Source: Amoeboaphelidium occidentale (Eukaryota). From it: DNA of 56,314 nucleotides. The notes under the pieces are model-generated. The model searched no databases. It had not been told where the DNA came from and was given only the letters and a program-made list of their open reading frames with translations. A program made the translations under genes and the position numbers. The stretch is taken from NCBI GenBank assembly GCA_023515795.1, contig JALGPX010000100.1, forward strand, positions 1 to 56,314, written 5' to 3'. Shown here piece by piece: positions 49,607 through 56,314 of this stretch; position 1 is the stretch's first letter, and each line of letters opens with the position of its first letter.

Positions 49607-49862
49607 CAACGAAGTTGCAATGAGAAGAAAAATAGATATTCAGGCATTGATGCTTCTTGCAGGGATATTTATTGAGACTCTGAGAACAAGGAGCTATGTC
49701 GTAAAAGGGTTGCAATATCAGCGGTCTAGAGTTATCTCGTGCATGTAAACAGCATCAAATGTAACAAAGATCAGAGGTCAATGATTTAGACACGTTATAA
49801 AACTACCCATTCTAGCCAGGAATAAAATATCACCGAAGAGTAATCCCATGAAACAAACCCGT

Positions 49863-51554
49863 TCAGTTACCAAAACTGACATTTTCTCGAATTGGACCAA
49901 CAACCTTTACAGATAGGCCAAAATCAATTATTCTTATTCCACCTGTTTCATCATTTATCATAATATTCCGAGGAAATAAGTCATTGTGTTTGTAGCCCAT
50001 GTTGTTGATCATTTTAATTGCATTGTCTATATCATCTTTCCGATCAAGATACTCTTGTTCTGAGATTGGTCTCCCAACCTGTTCCAACACCATGATTTGC
50101 AATAAGCCGTAATAATTCCCGTAGGCATAGAACTTCGGTATAACACTGCCCTGTAATTCTTCCAAATCCCTATACACTTGCACCTCTTGATCGAATTGTT
50201 CTCGGCCATGAGGATGAGTTTTTAAATCTATGGTTTTGAACACCACATCATCTTTATCTCCATATGACCCCACAACAACCGCTCCAGCGTGTCCCCTCCC
50301 AATAATGCTCTTGAAATTTATACATTTCTGTAAATCTCTTGGGTCATAACGAGTGCCATCACCAACGAACTGCTGCGGAACCAGCAAATCTTTTGAAACT
50401 GCTTGACTTCCAACAGGACTCGCATACATCCAGCGAGGATCGCTCTCAACTGTATTAATAAAGAACAACCAAGCTGCGACAATACCGAGAGGGTCACTTA
50501 CATCACATTTGATAGCCGGAGAAATTTCAATAACAGATCTTTCACCATCTTGAGAATCCCGCTCTACTTTTCGCAGAAAAATCGTTTCATCAAAAGTGGT
50601 TAAAGCTCCATATCTCAAATTATTAAGCGTCATATAAATAAAACATTGTTCCACGGCCGTTAGAAGGTTACTTCGTGCTAGTGTGTCGTCTTCAAATCGC
50701 GCGGCACATTCTGTCGCTAACCTTGAACTGGCATTATCGAGAGAAGGCAGTACCCACGGGGTCTTTATCTCAATGACTGCTTTCGCTCCGGGATAATCAT
50801 CTAAGGTCCAAATGAAATCAGGGTCTCCGATAGCAGATCGTCCAGCAACACGTTCAAATTTGCCCTTCTTTACATTATCAAAGCGCGGTAAACCGTACAA
50901 TTGGTTCCAATAACTTGCAGCGGAAAGGAAAGTAACATACTCCAAATAACTTTCGACAGCCCTCTCATTGTTACATGTCCCTGGAATATTGAGCACGACT
51001 GGAGGCGAGAAATTAATGCGTGGTAAGGAAGCCGAAAATCTAGACGCTGCATTAAGAAATCCATTCCATTGCCGGAACTCAAGCATATTTGAAATTTCAT
51101 ACTTTTGTGATAATCCTCCGTGAGCCGTCTCGCCTGATCGCAACGCTGCTGGCAAAACTTTCGGGAATATTTGATGGAGCAAAACTTCACTCGACGGGCA
51201 AAAAACAGCGGAAATACGCTGTGGCAATACAGGATTTTGAATGTTAGACGTAGTGGAGGTATTCTTCTGTTTGCCTCGCTGGTTGACTCGCATTCTCTTT
51301 TTCTGTGAATCCTCTGCTTCCTTCTCATGACGCTTCATAATCCCCTCCTTCTTCGGCGACGGAATGATCATGAGCTCGATGTAATTCTTTCGTAACGACT
51401 CGAGTTTCTGAATCATTGCATCTATGCCCTCTAACTCAGCAATTTCCTCTTCCTCTTTGCCATCCAGCTCTCTGTTCTCTTCTAATGTAGCCTTCTGCTC
51501 AAGTAATCTAGATATTTTCTGATCAATATCTGCTAGTGCCGCATTATAATCCAT
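49863..51554 (-). CDS. Crinkler-type protein: N-terminal coiled coil, PD-(D/E)xK restriction-endonuclease fold and kinase-like domain
   Basis: GDPDFIW...VIEIKTPW...EQCFIYM...YGALTT (REase); IGRGHAG, VVFK, HNDLFPRNIM, IIDFG (kinase); intronless. Confidence 0.75.
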   Translation of the reverse strand: MDYNAALADIDQKISRLLEQKATLEENRELDGKEEEEIAELEGIDAMIQKLESLRKNYIELMIIPSPKKEGIMKRHEKEAEDSQKKRMRVNQRGKQKNTSTTSNIQNPVLPQRISAVFCPSSEVLLHQIFPKVLPAALRSGETAHGGLSQKYEISNMLEFRQWNGFLNAASRFSASLPRINFSPPVVLNIPGTCNNERAVESYLEYVTFLSAASYWNQLYGLPRFDNVKKGKFERVAGRSAIGDPDFIWTLDDYPGAKAVIEIKTPWVLPSLDNASSRLATECAARFEDDTLARSNLLTAVEQCFIYMTLNNLRYGALTTFDETIFLRKVERDSQDGERSVIEISPAIKCDVSDPLGIVAAWLFFINTVESDPRWMYASPVGSQAVSKDLLVPQQFVGDGTRYDPRDLQKCINFKSIIGRGHAGAVVVGSYGDKDDVVFKTIDLKTHPHGREQFDQEVQVYRDLEELQGSVIPKFYAYGNYYGLLQIMVLEQVGRPISEQEYLDRKDDIDNAIKMINNMGYKHNDLFPRNIMINDETGGIRIIDFGLSVKVVGPIRENVSFGN

Positions 51555-52161
51555 GGTTTTGTCAGATGCAGAAAAGAATCGAGAATTTCAAAGTGCGGGA
51601 CAGAAGCAGCCAATCATGCTTTCATCTGAAAAGAAAGAATCCAAGTATTGTGATTTGCAAACCTTTTGCAAAATCGAGCTCGCGCAGTATGAGTTAGCTG
51701 GTCAGTGAGAAAACGTAATAAAAACGCTCGAAAAAGTCCTATCACCTTCTTTTATTGCTTCTATCGGACTAACAGTCGATTAAGATTAAGAAATTGCACA
51801 AGGAACCACAGTTCAGAGTCACGATACTGATGATACTACCGCCCTGAGACGTAACTGGTGACTTTTAGCCACAGATCTACTCCGCTGTTTCAAGTTCATA
51901 TTGGAGAGACTGAATGGTCTGTGTGGAGTACACGCTATTGGAACCCGATTGTAATTGACACAGAATTCTATAGAGATTTCAACGAAAGTTTGAAGTTCAA
52001 TGCGTCTTCTTATCTCTGTGGAACTTTTATGCTTCCATCTTTGGAAATAAACAGCTAGACAGCCTTCTTGAACCACGCTCCACTCAGCACTTTGTTACAC
52101 TCGTACACCGAATTCCCGCGCTCAGATGGTTGTTTCAACAACTCGTCAGCATAGTAAGCGC

Positions 52162-54009
52162 CAATGTATACTATGTCATTTCTTGTTGAGACTCTGCAGC
52201 TGTTTCCGTCAGAAAATTTCGTTTACTTTTCTTACTCCTAAGATTCACACCAAATTCAAAATTCCTAAAGAATAACGATGAAAGAGGAAATGAATTAGCA
52301 TGTTTATTGTAGTGTCGATGCTCCGTAAGTACATGCCAAAGTTTCAGCTTCACAGCGTCAGCGTATCATTTATGAGCCAAAAGTGGTTTCAGCGAGATAT
52401 ACTAACCAGTTGTAAAGAGCTGCCCCTAGAAGTCCCAGACTTGAGTCAAGCTTTATTTATCTATCTAATGACGCTCAAACTGCGGTAACTGGAAGCGATT
52501 GTGTGGTGTTGTTTCACACTGATATTGGATCTCATGCACATACTCGATGGGTGACCTCTGGAACATCCTTTTCGTATGATTCTATTGCTTTATCTTTGAA
52601 AGGCAAAGAACTCTGTATGCTATTACGGGACCCAACACACTCTAAGTAGAAGAAATTTCATTAACGGAGAAACAAATGGCAATAGCATTCTCAAGACTCA
52701 CGCTTGAGCGTTGAATTTCGCGTGTAGAAAACTTCACATGATGACCTTTCAGAATCATCCATCAGATTTGGCAAAAGTTGTCGGGACGCAAAAATTAACA
52801 CCACCTGAAACTTGAAGTCCCTCTGTTTCAATCAAGAAATTAGAGAAAATCAAGACTGTTCGTAATAAATTGCATTCCAGACCATCAGAATTCAAATTAT
52901 CGTTTATTCCCTAAGCCACTTGATTTTCTGCGTTAGAATGGTAGCTATTTGTGAGGGCTGTTTGATATTGCAGCAAATCTCGAGCANCCAATGTATACTA
53001 TGTCATTTCTTGTTGAGACTCTGCAGCTGTTTCCGTCAGAAAATTTCGTTTACTTTTCTTACTCCTAAGATTCACACCAAATTCAAAATTCCTAAAGAAT
53101 AACGATGAAAGAGGAAATGAAAGGATATCATAATTTAGTTGCTCTTGAATTCTATACCAAAGTTTCAGCTTCACAGCATAAGCCCGCCATTTATGCGCCA
53201 AAAGTGGTTTTAGCGAGATATCTTCAACAGTTCTAACTATTTTAGTCTGACCTTCCATAATGATCGTCTTTACTCTATTGTCTATCGATTGATATTGATA
53301 TTATAGGTGTCTGTGACGTTTAGGTGTTGTTTCACGACAGCCCATTTTCATAGTGGACTAAAAATTCATGATACTATGCTCAAACTCAATTAAATCTATA
53401 CCTAGAGAAAGGAAATAATACGGCCTTTCTATAGATACCTCAACTGTTACAATTGGNATCAAGACTGTTCGTAATAAATTGCATTCCAGACCATCAGAAT
53501 TCAAATTATCGTTTATTCCCTAAGCCACTTGATTTTCTGCGTTAGAATGGTAGCTATTTGTGAGGGCTGTTTGATATTGCAGCAAATCTCGAGCATGAGC
53601 AAGTGAAGATCGAATCAAACATCGAAATGTGCTGAATACGTAACAACCAAGACGAATAGAGGTATAATAAGTACGGATATCGTCATAGGATCACTCAAAG
53701 GGCTCGAGGCTCGAGTTTTAGCTTCGTGGCAAAAGCGGCCCGTATACGTGGGCGAGGTGGTTTTAGCGAGATAACTTCAACAGTTCTAACTATTTTAGTC
53801 TGACCTTCCGTATAAATTGTCTTTACTCTATTGTCTATTGATTGATATTGATATTATAGGTGTCTGTGACGTTTAGGTGTTGTTTCACGACAGCCCATTT
53901 TCATAGTGGACTAAAAATTCATGATACTATGCTCAAACTCAATTAAATCTATACCTAGAGAAAGGAAATAATACGGCCTTTCTATAGATACCTCAACTGT
54001 TACAATTGG
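52162..54009. repeat. Complex repeat and haplotype-duplicated region with three copies of a ~175 bp motif
   Basis: Near-identical blocks 52162-52293/52988-53121, 52850-52986/53458-53595 and 53205-53456/53757-54009; motif copies start near 52341, 53162 and 53715. Confidence 0.7.
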
Positions 54010-54673
54010 TGTCTAAATCATTGACCTATATGGTCGGAAAACAAACGGGTCTGAAATTTCTCCGACCGCATTACTCCTCTAGTTTTGAAGTAACCGAGGA
54101 TATGAAGCTACCATTGTATTTCTCTAAGCTTACTTTAGCGTGATAGCATCGTGGTTTGATTGAAAAGCTCTCGAGGCTAGAGATTTTTACAATTCCCGGC
54201 AGAGGTCAATCTGGCAATTTTCTTGAATCAAACAATTCAGATCCAAGAATTTAATCGAAGATTATTCAACACAGATGAAAGATCTTTATTAACAAGACAT
54301 ATATTCATCATCAAGAAAACATGAGACTCTATTCTGTAGCTCGTTGTGTCTGTAGCATCAATGCGCAAAAACGCCTTAAGCACCTTTGGCTGTAACAGGC
54401 AACGCATACAAATACCACAAAAGTCTTCTAGGGTTAGGCAGTTAATAAAATACAGTATATATGAGTGTTTCACATCATTAACGAGCTATATCATCGTGAA
54501 AATCCGTGAATTCCATGTCCCTTGGTCGTTTAAGAATAAATAAGATACCATCGACTTCAACACGAACCGCGTTGTTTCAACTCGAACCAAGCAGGGGAAT
54601 CATACGCCACACGCATAAACAATCTTTCAAGGCATTCTTTCTTCGAAAGCTAGCTCGCTTTTGCTCTTTTTGT

Positions 54674-56314
54674 ATGACTACGGATTCGATGAGTATTTAC
54701 GAGCATAAGAACAAGTTTCATTTATTACGGGTTGAGGACGCTATGGACTTGGATTTAAATATGAGAGTTGATGAGAATGAGATGTCAAAGACATTTACTA
54801 CGGCCGAGTCTTTGAGTATGAGTATGGTTGAGCATTCTGAAGTGGCAGTTGATGTGGGTGATTTGGGTGGCATTGGCCCAAGTGCAGGAGAAAAGAAACG
54901 GAAGGAACCAGAAGGCGGCAAAAGGTGCAAGTATGGCAGTACGGAGCATCAGAGAATCTCCAACAAGAACTGTCCACTGTACAAGCCTAGGTTGAAACTG
55001 CAGTGTCGAGATACTGAGTTGCCTGAAAAGACCGTGACCACTACAACTGGTTTGAACTCAGTATTGCGCATTGCTCCTCTCAAAGACATCATTATGGATG
55101 CTGTTGCACGCTGTACCGACATCCAAGTTGAAGTTTCACGTCTATTGAATGGATACGTGATTTGGATGATTGAAGAGAACAGACCCATTCCAGACTTAAG
55201 ATTTAGTGATGGGATTATGAGAGAGTTCTATCAAGCAGTATGTTCCTTCGATGCTCTTAGAAATCCACACCAGCATAAAGTTGTTTCAACTCCTTCTATT
55301 AATGAGTATATGGATGAGATCTATTCGAGGTGCAGGCCTGATTATTTGGCGTAGAATGATGCCACCAAACTAACATAGCTCATTTCGAATATGGCGAGAA
55401 TGCATTCCACAAACTGTCAAAACCATGTGGTCACTAATCTTTTGAAGTGGATAAAGAAATGGTTGATTTAAAAACTTGGTAAACAATTGAGAGCTTTCTT
55501 AAGTGCAGATGATTTCAACGAGGTGNATACTCGAGGTGCAGGCCTGATTATTTGGCGTAGAATGATGCCACCAAACTAACACAGCTCATTTCGAATATGG
55601 CGAGAATGCATTCCACAAACTGTCAAAACCATGTGGTCACTAATCTTTTGAAGTGGATAAAGAAATGGTTGATTTAAAAACTTGGTAAACAATTGAGAGC
55701 TTTCTTAAGTGCAGATGATTTCAACGAGGTGATTACAGTAGCAATGAATGAAATCACACGAACTGAAGAGGACGAAGGATTCTACGCTATTCCGCTAAAC
55801 ATCATTGAGGCTGTTACTCCGGAGCAAGTGAATCTGATATATGATCGAATTAATCATTACTACGAAAAACTGAGAATTATTCTGAATAATCAGCCTTTAG
55901 ACGAGGACTCTCTTAAGGCATCATGGTGGACATACTTGAAACCGATGTCCAGGCTTTTGAAAACGTTTGTTAATAATTATGAGCAAGATGCTCAGAACCG
56001 CTTGGAGAATGGGATACACGGGAGAAGTTTGAGATTGTTTAGTCTCACTCCCATCAGTACTGTTAAGCAGAAGTTCATAATCATTGATACTGACGCTCTG
56101 CATGATCTTATGACTTCTGAGAATATTGGGATTGTGGTTCCGAGAGATAAAGTGGTTTTCAGAGTAAATTATATGGAATTGTGGCGCCGAGCATTCAAAG
56201 TAGACAAACTAACTACGGCTACAAAGCGCTTTGGGTTTTCTATTTCCACTAATGGTGTTGAGTATCATCAGCATAACATGAAACAGTTTGAGAGATCTGA
56301 GATCAATGATTGGG
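54674..56314 (+). mobile_element. Degraded Fanzor1-like (eukaryotic TnpB homolog) transposon ORF, truncated by the window end
   Basis: Read-through translation gives CKYGSTEHQRISNKNCP knuckle, IIMDAVARCTDIQVEVSRLLNGYV, ISNMARMHSTNCQNHV, RLFSLTPISTVKQKFIIIDTDALHDL and LWRRAFKV...FGFSISTNGV, colinear with Fanzor1 WED/REC motifs; in-frame TAG/TAA stops. Confidence 0.78.

Noticed and set aside
51700..52170. Coding-like remnant with short ORFs
   Set aside because: Multiple stops and no motif I can recognise; possibly decayed transposon sequence but not supportable.
52162..54009. Possible CRISPR-like array
   Set aside because: Repeats are long, few and irregular with no constant repeat-spacer period; eukaryotic context.
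55321..55731. Tandem ~205 bp repeat in the Fanzor ORF
   Set aside because: Separated by a single N; an allelic or paralogous overlap, not an internal repeat of the protein.

Overview
Very compact eukaryotic genome segment using the standard genetic code, with 35-60 bp GT-AG introns and tiny intergenic spaces. The gene content (fungal-type HOG1 and group III G-alpha, heme-thiolate peroxidases, eIF3d, DPM2, BCKDHB, ARHGAP39, an extracellular WD40 receptor-like protein) suggests an early-diverging holomycote such as an aphelid or rozellid; this is inference. About 37 protein genes are recognisable. Many short duplications flank N gaps and look like unmerged haplotypes of a heterozygous assembly. 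Main highlights: (1) a degraded Fanzor1-type (eukaryotic TnpB-like, RNA-guided nuclease) ORF running off the right end, next to a Crinkler-type REase-kinase gene and a polymorphic repeat region; (2) two tandem glycosyltransferases resembling a plant family (possible horizontal transfer); (3) a ~10 kb AT-rich, microsatellite-laden island holding Mei5/Sfr1, Ulp2, SET and Wss1 genes; (4) a cluster of five small paralogous membrane proteins; (5) head-to-head genes with start codons only 14-25 bp apart and an ATGA stop/start overlap. Family assignments come from motif recognition by eye, not database searches.
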